This document shows, one piece after another, positions 1 through 7,029 of a stretch of DNA of 56,725 bases; position 1 is the stretch's first letter; each line of letters begins with the position of its first letter. The stretch is from Ignavibacteria bacterium (GTDB taxonomy: Bacteria > Bacteroidota > Ignavibacteria > UBA10030 > UBA6906). A program made the position numbers and the translations under genes. Under the pieces are notes generated by a model. That model made no database searches. It was not told where the DNA came from and saw nothing but the letters and a program-made list of their open reading frames with translations. Location: positions 1 to 56,725 of the forward strand of contig QKGJ01000404.1 of the NCBI GenBank assembly GCA_003251275.1, written 5' to 3'.

Positions 1-918
1 GATCGTTCGGTCGATCAGCGAGGTGTAGAGTGTCCGCAATACCTGGGGCGGACGATATGGGGGAAGTTCGAGGCTAAATGTTGAAGCTTCTCCGCGTAAC
101 ACGGTCCGCGATAGAAACCACGAAGTGAGAAATGTCAATGCAATGCCAAGCAATGCAATGGCCACTACCGCGGAAGCGGAGACAATGCCACCCAGTGCGG
201 CTGGAGCGAGGGCGCCGATAAAGAGACTGGCAATGAGAATCTGCGTTGGCCAACGACCATTGCACAAAGCAAAATTGTTGGTGATAATTGCAATGAGGCG
301 TTCGCGCGGACTGTCAATGATACGTGTTGCAATGACTCCCGCCGCATTGCATCCATAGCCCATCGACATCGAGAGCGCTTGCTTGCCATGCGCGCCTGCC
401 TTGCGAAACATATTGTCCAGGTTGAACGCAACTCTCGGGAGATATCCAAAATCTTCCAGGAGTGTAAAGAGGGGAAAGAATATTGCCATGGGCGGAAGCA
501 TAACACTAATTACCCACGCCGCGGCAAGATACACTCCGTCAATCAATACTCCCGACAACCACCAAGGAAGTCCCACCTGCAGGCTCAAGCCTTTGAGGGC
601 CGGGTGAACCGTATCGAGCAACAAGGAGGCAATCATTGCGGACGGCACGTTAGCACCGGCGATCGTCAACCAAAAGACAATACCAAGCAGAAGCACCATG
701 ACAGGAAATCCGGTTACTCTGCTTGTAAGGATTCGATCCAATGTCCGATCCCAGTTGAAGCGTGGTTTCTCACCGGTTCTCGTCACGACCGAGTCGGCAA
801 TGCGTGCAGAGTCTTCGTAAATGGACTCCATCAGCGTATCGTGAAAATCCTCTCCAAGATCCCAGCGGAGAGTATTTGCTCTTGCGATGATGCCAATTTC
901 CTGGGTCGTTGAGCTCAT
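1..918 (-). CDS. feoB: Ferrous iron transporter FeoB, membrane (permease) portion; C-terminus cut by the window edge
   Basis: This ORF is absent from the ORF track because it runs off the left edge. A reverse-strand ATG at 918-916 opens an uninterrupted 306-codon frame down to position 1. The translation reads [27 protein letters not shown]...[32 protein letters not shown]...[48 protein letters not shown]...[16 protein letters not shown], which looks like FeoB gate and TM motifs. Confidence 0.85.
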   Translation of the reverse strand, partial: MSSTTQEIGIIARANTLRWDLGEDFHDTLMESIYEDSARIADSVVTRTGEKPRFNWDRTLDRILTSRVTGFPVMVLLLGIVFWLTIAGANVPSAMIASLLLDTVHPALKGLSLQVGLPWWLSGVLIDGVYLAAAWVISVMLPPMAIFFPLFTLLEDFGYLPRVAFNLDNMFRKAGAHGKQALSMSMGYGCNAAGVIATRIIDSPRERLIAIITNNFALCNGRWPTQILIASLFIGALAPAALGGIVSASAVVAIALLGIALTFLTSWFLSRTVLRGEASTFSLELPPYRPPQVLRTLYTSLIDRTI

Positions 919-1736
919 ACTGCCTCCACTTTCTCGGCAAACGATGGAAGTTCGGTGTTCGTAATCAGATCGTCAAGCTCGCCATCCCGCACCGCATCTA
1001 TAATGCGCTGGTCACCTTCGAGAAGGCGGAGGGCCACCCATCGCGGATTTGCAATCGCTGGAAAGCGGGCCGTAATATCGTCCGCAAGTTTCGTGATCGC
1101 GTGCTCAAGTCGTGCAGATTTGTTCTTAAGCCGGTGCGGTTTGCACACAACGTTCCCCGTCGCAACATCATGTAGCGTCTGGAGAAGGTTCGGGATCCCG
1201 GTTCCCTCGCGGGCGGCAGTTGGCACCACGGGGACGCCAAGCTGTTTCGCGAGCAACCGGTCATCGACAGCAATTCCGTGCCGTTTTGCTTCGTCAATGA
1301 GGTTCAAACAAACCACGGCGCGATCGGTTATTTCGAGCACCTGCAGGACCAGATTCAGGTTGCGCTCCAACCGGGTTGCGTCCGCCACAATCACAGTAAC
1401 ATCCGGCTGCCCGAAGAGAATAAAATTGCGCGCCACTTCTTCATCCGTGCTGGTGGAAAGAAGCGAGTAGGTTCCGGGAAGATCGACAACTTTGAATTTC
1501 TTCTCCCCAAAAGAGAAGGCTCCTTCGGCACGCGTAACGGTTTTGCCGGGCCAGTTTCCAGTATGCTGATGCAGGCCCGTAATGGCATTGAAGACCGTGC
1601 TCTTCCCCGTGTTCGGATTGCCGGCCAGTGTAACAACAAAATCCGCATCACGCATATCGACGCCGAGTTTTCTTAGATTGGCGACGTTGTGTGCTGGACA
1701 TGCCGCACACACTTCCGGAGTTATTATTTGACTCAT
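915..1736 (-). CDS. feoB: FeoB N-terminal GTPase (G) plus helical domain, encoded as a separate 273-aa ORF
   Basis: Track ORF of 273 aa. It has G1 [10 protein letters not shown]3 DLPGTYSL and an NxxD-type G4 (NLID). Its start overlaps the upstream stop (ATGA at 1733-1736), and its stop TGA at 917-915 overlaps the ATG at 918-916 of the permease ORF. Confidence 0.9.
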   Translation of the reverse strand: MSQIITPEVCAACPAHNVANLRKLGVDMRDADFVVTLAGNPNTGKSTVFNAITGLHQHTGNWPGKTVTRAEGAFSFGEKKFKVVDLPGTYSLLSTSTDEEVARNFILFGQPDVTVIVADATRLERNLNLVLQVLEITDRAVVCLNLIDEAKRHGIAVDDRLLAKQLGVPVVPTAAREGTGIPNLLQTLHDVATGNVVCKPHRLKNKSARLEHAITKLADDITARFPAIANPRWVALRLLEGDQRIIDAVRDGELDDLITNTELPSFAEKVEAV

Positions 1737-2761
1737 GCTGACTCCTCCACACGATAAATCTGTATTTGTTCTGCTTGCTTATTCCGAAGTGCGATCGTTG
1801 TCCCTCTGATCGTGTATGCAGTTGGGTCGCCCCCCGCACTTCTCATTTCTGCAGTGATTATGGTTCCGGGGATTATACCCAGATCCATCAGACGTCGACG
1901 CTGCATGCCGCGGATTCCCCGCATTATTGACGTCACCTTCCCTCGTTGACCAGGTTGAAGCGACGCAAGGGTGTCTGAACTTGTGTCTGACTCCATTGGT
2001 GATGCGAGAGGAAGAACGGAGATATTAGCGGCAATAATCGGCGCCAGAATGATTTCCCTTCCTTCCGCTTCACACAAAAGCCGCTCCTGCGATACGCTGA
2101 TCAATCGAAGTTGCATTCCAGGATGAAGTCCTTCTGCGACCAACTGCGCGTACACCGCTTCAGGCTCATCTTCTACGTGCACAATTCCCACAGTTGTTCC
2201 CGGCTTCATATCCGTAAGAGGTTGGCCAACCCGATTTGGCAAATCACCCTCCTCGGTAGGAATCGGATCGCCATGAGGATCAAATCTCGGATTGCCCATT
2301 TGCTCTGCGAGCATGTTTGCCTGGGCCTGACTCATCCGGTGTTCCTGTTTCTCAGCCTCGGCATGCCAATCCGTTTCATTCACGCCGGTTTTGTCCGCGA
2401 GATACCGTTCCCACAGACGATGAACACGTATGACGCGGAGCGCATAGGAACGCCCCTCTTCAGTGAGGACAAGTCCCTCCCCTGAAGTCTGCACTAACCC
2501 CATTGCTTCGAGACGTTGCACAAGAAGCATTGCCCGTTCCGCTGGTAGTTCGATCGCTCCAGAGATGCTTTCCAGGGTGCAGGTGATGTTCTTGTATTCG
2601 CAGTTATAGAGATGCTTCAGAGCATCTTCAATTTGTACTTGTTGAGTGTTTCGTCTCGCGCGCAGCCATTTCGCGCGTATGCCGTGCTTCGGCCATGCAA
2701 CTGCTGAGACAAAGCCAACCACAACGACTGCAACAATCAATGCGACGCCCGGGTCAACCAT
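1733..2761 (-). CDS. DtxR-family metal-dependent regulator with an N-terminal TM helix, fused to two FeoA/SH3-like modules
   Basis: Track ORF of 342 aa with AAGAGGA 8 nt upstream of the ATG. It begins with a hydrophobic helix ([18 protein letters not shown]) followed by [13 protein letters not shown]. Next come a winged helix, the DtxR helix [10 protein letters not shown]...[22 protein letters not shown], an SH3-like domain, and a C-terminal FeoA module ([12 protein letters not shown]...[11 protein letters not shown]...). Confidence 0.8.
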   Translation of the reverse strand: MVDPGVALIVAVVVVGFVSAVAWPKHGIRAKWLRARRNTQQVQIEDALKHLYNCEYKNITCTLESISGAIELPAERAMLLVQRLEAMGLVQTSGEGLVLTEEGRSYALRVIRVHRLWERYLADKTGVNETDWHAEAEKQEHRMSQAQANMLAEQMGNPRFDPHGDPIPTEEGDLPNRVGQPLTDMKPGTTVGIVHVEDEPEAVYAQLVAEGLHPGMQLRLISVSQERLLCEAEGREIILAPIIAANISVLPLASPMESDTSSDTLASLQPGQRGKVTSIMRGIRGMQRRRLMDLGIIPGTIITAEMRSAGGDPTAYTIRGTTIALRNKQAEQIQIYRVEESA

Positions 2762-2776
2762 TAGCCGTCCTCTTGT

Positions 2777-3499
2777 TCATGATGATTTTCCACGAGATAT
2801 TGTCCTGACTCGCTTGAAGCTCTTCGATCTTCGTCTTTTTTCATCAGCGACCGGTTCCACAAAAATGTGCTGCGCTAGCTTCCCGCTGATAAAATGTTCC
2901 CTCCCTTCCACCTGCACACGTAACGACCCGTCGAATTCCAGTTTTTCCCTGATGTGAATTTTCTTGCGAAGGGTAATTCCCAGCTTCGATGCATACTTCA
3001 GTACATCAGGAGAAGAATCGCTCACGCGGCTGACAACGCATTGTTCGCCGACTTTCAAGCTGGCGAGGGATGCTTGACCGAATTGAACGACCTTTCCTTC
3101 TCGGGTTGGAATGACGTCCCCATGCGGATCCTTTGTCGGGTAGCCAAGGGCGGCGTCAAGACGTTCTTCCAGTTTATCGGAAGTAATATGTTCCAGCCGT
3201 TCCGCTTCCTCATGAATCTCATCCCATTCGTACTTCAGAACTTCCACCAGAAATACTTCCCACAATCGATGACGACGTACGATCCTGATCGCCCTTGTTT
3301 TTCCTTCTTCGGTCAAGGCGACACCCTTGTACGGCGTGTGATGAACGCTCCCCTCGTCGGCCAACTTCTTGATCATTTCGGAGACAGATGCCGCAGAGAC
3401 CCGCAGCCGCTCCGACAGGGAAGATGTCGTCACCCGGCCTTCCTTGCTTTGAAGAGTATAGATGCTCTTAAGGTAGTCCTCGACGTTTTCACTCGCCAT
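2777..3499 (-). CDS. DtxR/IdeR/MntR-family metal-dependent transcriptional repressor with a C-terminal SH3/FeoA-like domain
   Basis: Track ORF of 240 aa. Motifs seen are EDYLKSIY, the HTH SVSEMIKKL, RRHRLWEVFL, HEEAERLEH, GYPTKDPHGDVIP and a C-terminal SH3-like segment. It is the first gene of the feo operon. Confidence 0.85.
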   Translation of the reverse strand: MASENVEDYLKSIYTLQSKEGRVTTSSLSERLRVSAASVSEMIKKLADEGSVHHTPYKGVALTEEGKTRAIRIVRRHRLWEVFLVEVLKYEWDEIHEEAERLEHITSDKLEERLDAALGYPTKDPHGDVIPTREGKVVQFGQASLASLKVGEQCVVSRVSDSSPDVLKYASKLGITLRKKIHIREKLEFDGSLRVQVEGREHFISGKLAQHIFVEPVADEKRRRSKSFKRVRTISRGKSS

Positions 3500-3538
3500 G
3501 AATATAGTCCTAGTAAATAAGGTATGCCCAAATGATTG

Positions 3539-3556
3539 ATTTAGGCTAGCCTAAAT
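3539..3556. promoter_or_regulatory. Perfect 18-bp palindrome ATTTAGGCTAGCCTAAAT, a candidate DtxR-family operator
   Basis: The sequence is exactly self-complementary. It resembles the TTAGG..AGCCTAA core of DtxR/IdeR boxes. It lies 40 nt upstream of the DtxR gene ATG and overlaps the predicted -10 element. Confidence 0.6.
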
Positions 3557-3582
3557 ATAAGAGTGCAATTCTTCAATGTCAA
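3554..3582 (-). promoter_or_regulatory. Sigma70-like promoter of the dtxR-feo operon (TTGACA-N17-TATATT)
   Basis: The reverse strand reads TTGACA (3582-3577), an exact 17-nt spacer, then TATATT (3559-3554). It is positioned about 55 nt upstream of the ATG at 3499. Confidence 0.55.
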
Positions 3583-3586
3583 GGGA

Positions 3587-4729
3587 CTAGAGGAAAAGGT
3601 GAAATGACCTTGTTTCCCGGGACTGGTTTCCGCCACGTTCCCCCCGCTCCGCCATCCGAAGCAGGCGAAGGATTTCGGGACCGAGGACATCTGCCTGGGT
3701 AGATTGAAATTGCTCTCCTCCAAATTTCCTGATTGTTTCTGTCTGTGCCTCGAGCATCGCAGCATCCTGGCGGAAAATCCGCATGATAATCGGTTTGAGA
3801 AGGAAGGAAAGCAGGCGGTCGGGGAGCGGCGTCCGAAAACTCATCACTGCAAAAATTCGTGTGCGGAAGTCCTCCACCGGTGTCAATGCGGCAGTAATAC
3901 AAAGGTGGCTTGATTCCCCCAGGCGGTATTCCACCTGCACAATTGACGGAAGGATAAACCGGTCGAAATGCGAGACCATGCCTCCTCCCGGCGCTAGAAT
4001 TTTTCCGGCAACACCCCGGGGACGTTGCTCACCGATGTACTCAGCCTCCACCCGATCCTGCAATCGGTTCACCTTCACTTCAATCTCATTCTTCTCCCCA
4101 TCCGATTGACGGAAGAGGCCGCCATGGAGATAGGCAGTGTGTGGCACGTCGAGAGCATTCTCCGCCGTCGCGTGAATCGATCCGCGAACATCAAGTGTCT
4201 CTTGTATCGTGGTATATTTCTGTTCATGAAGGAAGGGAAATCGAAACACCTCCCGGGGCGGCTCTCTGTCAGGGGTTGCATACACCCAGATGAATCCATT
4301 CTCTTCATGAACCTGGAATGACTCGACACGTCGATCTTTCTCCTTGAACTCGTTGGAGGGACCTGGAATAGAAATGCATTTCCCTGTCGTATCAAATCGC
4401 CAGCCGTGATATGAACACTCAAGAACATTCTGTTTCACAGCGCCAAGGCTGAGAGGTGCATTACGATGGGGGCAGCGGTCCAGCAACGCTCCGGCAACTC
4501 CCGTACCATCGCGAAACAGAACAAGGGGAATTCCGTAGACGGTCGTACGAAGTGGAGACTTCCCCAACTCGGAAGACGTCGCAACGATATACCAGTCATC
4601 CACGACCCGGGCTACGGACGTTCGACCCTTCGAAAAAAGATGTTCTTCCATGACTTTTCCAGAAAAGCAGCCAGCAATAGAGTGCGAGAGAGTGATGGAT
4701 AAATGGTACGCATACGATTCACTTGACAC
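3587..4729 (-). CDS. Rieske [2Fe-2S] non-heme iron oxygenase (PaO/KshA-like); the true start may be Met27 at 4651
   Basis: Track ORF of 380 aa. It has the Rieske motif CPHRNAPL-x-CSYHGWRF and the mononuclear iron motif ENALDVPHTAYLHG (D-x2-H-x4-H). Confidence 0.8.
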   Translation of the reverse strand: MSSESYAYHLSITLSHSIAGCFSGKVMEEHLFSKGRTSVARVVDDWYIVATSSELGKSPLRTTVYGIPLVLFRDGTGVAGALLDRCPHRNAPLSLGAVKQNVLECSYHGWRFDTTGKCISIPGPSNEFKEKDRRVESFQVHEENGFIWVYATPDREPPREVFRFPFLHEQKYTTIQETLDVRGSIHATAENALDVPHTAYLHGGLFRQSDGEKNEIEVKVNRLQDRVEAEYIGEQRPRGVAGKILAPGGGMVSHFDRFILPSIVQVEYRLGESSHLCITAALTPVEDFRTRIFAVMSFRTPLPDRLLSFLLKPIIMRIFRQDAAMLEAQTETIRKFGGEQFQSTQADVLGPEILRLLRMAERGERGGNQSRETRSFHLFL

Positions 4730-4853
4730 AAGTCCATTGTTTCATCAGAAAAACGAATCGATTTCTGTGTAAAAATCATGAGATTCACTTTGTCACACTT
4801 TCTCGTTATCATGAAGACACCTTCACAGGTTCAACTTTGAAAGGGATACAACA

Positions 4854-5420
4854 ATGTCGCTTCTTATTTTGCCGTTAATCATTATCGTCGGACTTGGCGT
4901 TTGGGTGGTCATGAAGTACAACGGGCTTGTCACGCTTCGCAATCAAGTGCAGAATGGATGGAAACAAATTGACGTCCAACTGAAACGACGGCACGATCTG
5001 ATTCCAAATCTTGTCAGCACCGTGAAGGGGGCAATGGAGTTCGAACAGGATACGCTGGAAAAGGTCATCAAGGCCCGGAACGCTGCTGTCTCTGCGCAGG
5101 GCGTCGCAGACGTTGCAGCGAAGGAAGGCGAACTGACCGGAGCCCTTTCCCGGCTATTCGCACTTGCCGAGAACTATCCGACACTCAAGTCGAATGAAAA
5201 CGTCAGGCAACTGCAGGAAGAGCTCTCCAGCACGGAGAATAAAATCAGTTTCGCACGACAGTTCTATAATGATATTGCGACGAAATTCAACACGGCTCAG
5301 CAGGTGTTCCCGGGGAATATCATCGCCGGGATGTTCAACTTTGTTCCGACGGAATTGTTTGAGATAAAAGACGAGGTCGAGAGGAACGTACCGAAAGTTG
5401 ATCTTTCGTTGAAAAAGTAG
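4854..5420 (+). CDS. lemA: LemA family protein
   Basis: Track ORF of 188 aa. It has an N-terminal TM helix and the typical LemA sequence YNGLVTLRNQVQNGWKQIDVQLKRRHDLIPNLV...ENYPTLKSNE...FYND. Confidence 0.9.
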   Translation: MSLLILPLIIIVGLGVWVVMKYNGLVTLRNQVQNGWKQIDVQLKRRHDLIPNLVSTVKGAMEFEQDTLEKVIKARNAAVSAQGVADVAAKEGELTGALSRLFALAENYPTLKSNENVRQLQEELSSTENKISFARQFYNDIATKFNTAQQVFPGNIIAGMFNFVPTELFEIKDEVERNVPKVDLSLKK

Positions 5421-5431
5421 GCAATCATATC

Positions 5432-6376
5432 ATGCAGGTTCGTAATCTGTACGAGCAACAGGCCTCGAACAAACGGAATACCATTCTGGTGATGGTGGTG
5501 TTTGTTCTCTTTCTCTCATTCCTCGGGTGTGGCGCTGATACGTTTCTCCTGCAGGCAGGATTCCCGCTCGCCACAATCATCGCTCTCGCTATTGGGTTTG
5601 GAAGCTCCATGTGGAGTCTCAACAACGGCGCGCAGGCAGTTCTACGAGCCTCCGATGCGCAGGCCATTACTCATGGCGATCCTCGTTATCAACAACTCAT
5701 GAATGTCGTCGAAGAAATCTCCATCGCCTCCGGACTGCCGCAACCGAAGGTCTACGTTATCCCTGACCCCGATCCTAATGCTTTTGCAACAGGTAAGGAC
5801 CCGGATAATGCACATCTCGCCGTTACGGAAGGATTACTCGCAAAATTGAACAGAGAAGAACTGCAAGGCGTTGTGGCGCACGAAATGGGTCATATCAAGA
5901 ATTATGACATTCGCATGATGACGGTAGTGGCTGCATTAATCGGGGCAGTGATGCTGTTGTCACAGGTGGGGATGCGATCTTCAATGTACGGTGCGACACG
6001 GAGAAGGAGTTCTGACAGGAGTGGTGGATCGGGAAATGCACTTGTGTTTATCTTGTGGATCATCGCAATGATTCTTGCGCCGATCATTTCACAGATCCTT
6101 GCAATGGCGGTGTCGCGGCAACGCGAGTATCTCGCGGATGCCTCCGGCGCAGAACTCACACGCAACCCGGGTGCTCTCGCTTCTGCTCTGGAGAAAATCG
6201 ATGCCGCTGTTGAGCCGACACGGTCGATCAAGAAAGGTGTAGCACACTTGTGCATTGCCGATCCTCTCGGACGAAGCCTTAATGCACGGGAAGGGACGTT
6301 TTCGGATTTGTTTGCAACGCATCCGCCGATTAGAAAACGGATCGCAATCCTCAGGGGAATGTCTTACCAGCGGTGA
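5432..6376 (+). CDS. htpX: M48 family zinc metallopeptidase (HtpX-like)
   Basis: Track ORF of 314 aa. It has N-terminal TM helices, HEMGHIKNYD (HExxH), REYLADASGAELT and a C-terminal ATHPPIRKRI. Confidence 0.85.
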   Translation: MQVRNLYEQQASNKRNTILVMVVFVLFLSFLGCGADTFLLQAGFPLATIIALAIGFGSSMWSLNNGAQAVLRASDAQAITHGDPRYQQLMNVVEEISIASGLPQPKVYVIPDPDPNAFATGKDPDNAHLAVTEGLLAKLNREELQGVVAHEMGHIKNYDIRMMTVVAALIGAVMLLSQVGMRSSMYGATRRRSSDRSGGSGNALVFILWIIAMILAPIISQILAMAVSRQREYLADASGAELTRNPGALASALEKIDAAVEPTRSIKKGVAHLCIADPLGRSLNAREGTFSDLFATHPPIRKRIAILRGMSYQR

Positions 6377-6394
6377 GGGAATGCCGGGCAGTTC

Positions 6395-7009
6395 TTAGTC
6401 ATCGCACTTGCTGTATCCGCATTCCGTGTCGACACACGCCATACATCCGTTCTCCATCTTCAGTGAGCGGTTACCGCATTTCGGGCAAATCTTCAATACT
6501 TCCTGCTCATCCTCTTCGAGGGGTTGCTTTGACGAGGAGGAATTCCCGGTCGTTGCCACATCGCGGTGAATCACGCCAATGTCTTCGAAGAAGCGTTCTA
6601 TCACCTTCGCCACTTCCGCATAAAATGAGTGAATGTACTTCCCTTCTTTGAAATATCCCCCGTTGGGATCGTAAATGCCGCGAAGTTCTTCGAGGATGAA
6701 GGTAGGTTCAGTCGATTTCCGGAAAATGGCAGAAATTAAACGCGTGAGCACCGTATACTCGGCAGCTCGTGTTAGGTCCTTGCTGTTGATGAAAATTTCA
6801 ATCGGGCGGTTCTTTCCATTTTCGGTCACATACCCCAGTGTAATGAAGACACTGTTGCGGATGAATCCGCTTTTCATTTTGTAGACACGAGCCTGCGTTA
6901 CTTCCGGCCGCGGACCGACGAACTGATCCTTTGCTGTCGCGCTGATAACGAACGGACGTTCCTGTTTTACCTCCTCAATTTCAACAGCCGCGGTTGGCAA
7001 CGTAATCAT
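6395..7009 (-). CDS. nrdJ: Class II ribonucleotide reductase C-terminal fragment (NrdJb-like; TSCPD-type domain plus Cys4 zinc ribbon)
   Basis: Track ORF of 204 aa. The segment FITLGYVTENGKNRPIEIFINSKD...RLISAIFR matches the C-terminal module of long NrdJ proteins. The C-terminus carries CPKCG...CMAC..C. It has its own AGGAGA RBS 7 nt upstream and starts 20 nt after the NrdJa stop. Confidence 0.75.
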   Translation of the reverse strand: MITLPTAAVEIEEVKQERPFVISATAKDQFVGPRPEVTQARVYKMKSGFIRNSVFITLGYVTENGKNRPIEIFINSKDLTRAAEYTVLTRLISAIFRKSTEPTFILEELRGIYDPNGGYFKEGKYIHSFYAEVAKVIERFFEDIGVIHRDVATTGNSSSSKQPLEEDEQEVLKICPKCGNRSLKMENGCMACVDTECGYSKCDD

Positions 7010-7029
7010 TACTATCTCCTGAAAATTTC

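Noticed and set aside
165-912. Track ORFs 165-506 (-), 379-912 (+) and 383-607 (+) at the left edge.
   Set aside because: The region is occupied by the open-ended reverse-strand FeoB permease frame (1-918), which has unmistakable FeoB sequence. The listed ORFs are out-of-frame or antisense artefacts.
4854-6376. The LemA plus M48 peptidase pair as a possible novel two-gene system.
   Set aside because: This adjacency is a widespread, conserved housekeeping pairing of membrane proteins. Nothing in the sequence departs from the standard families.
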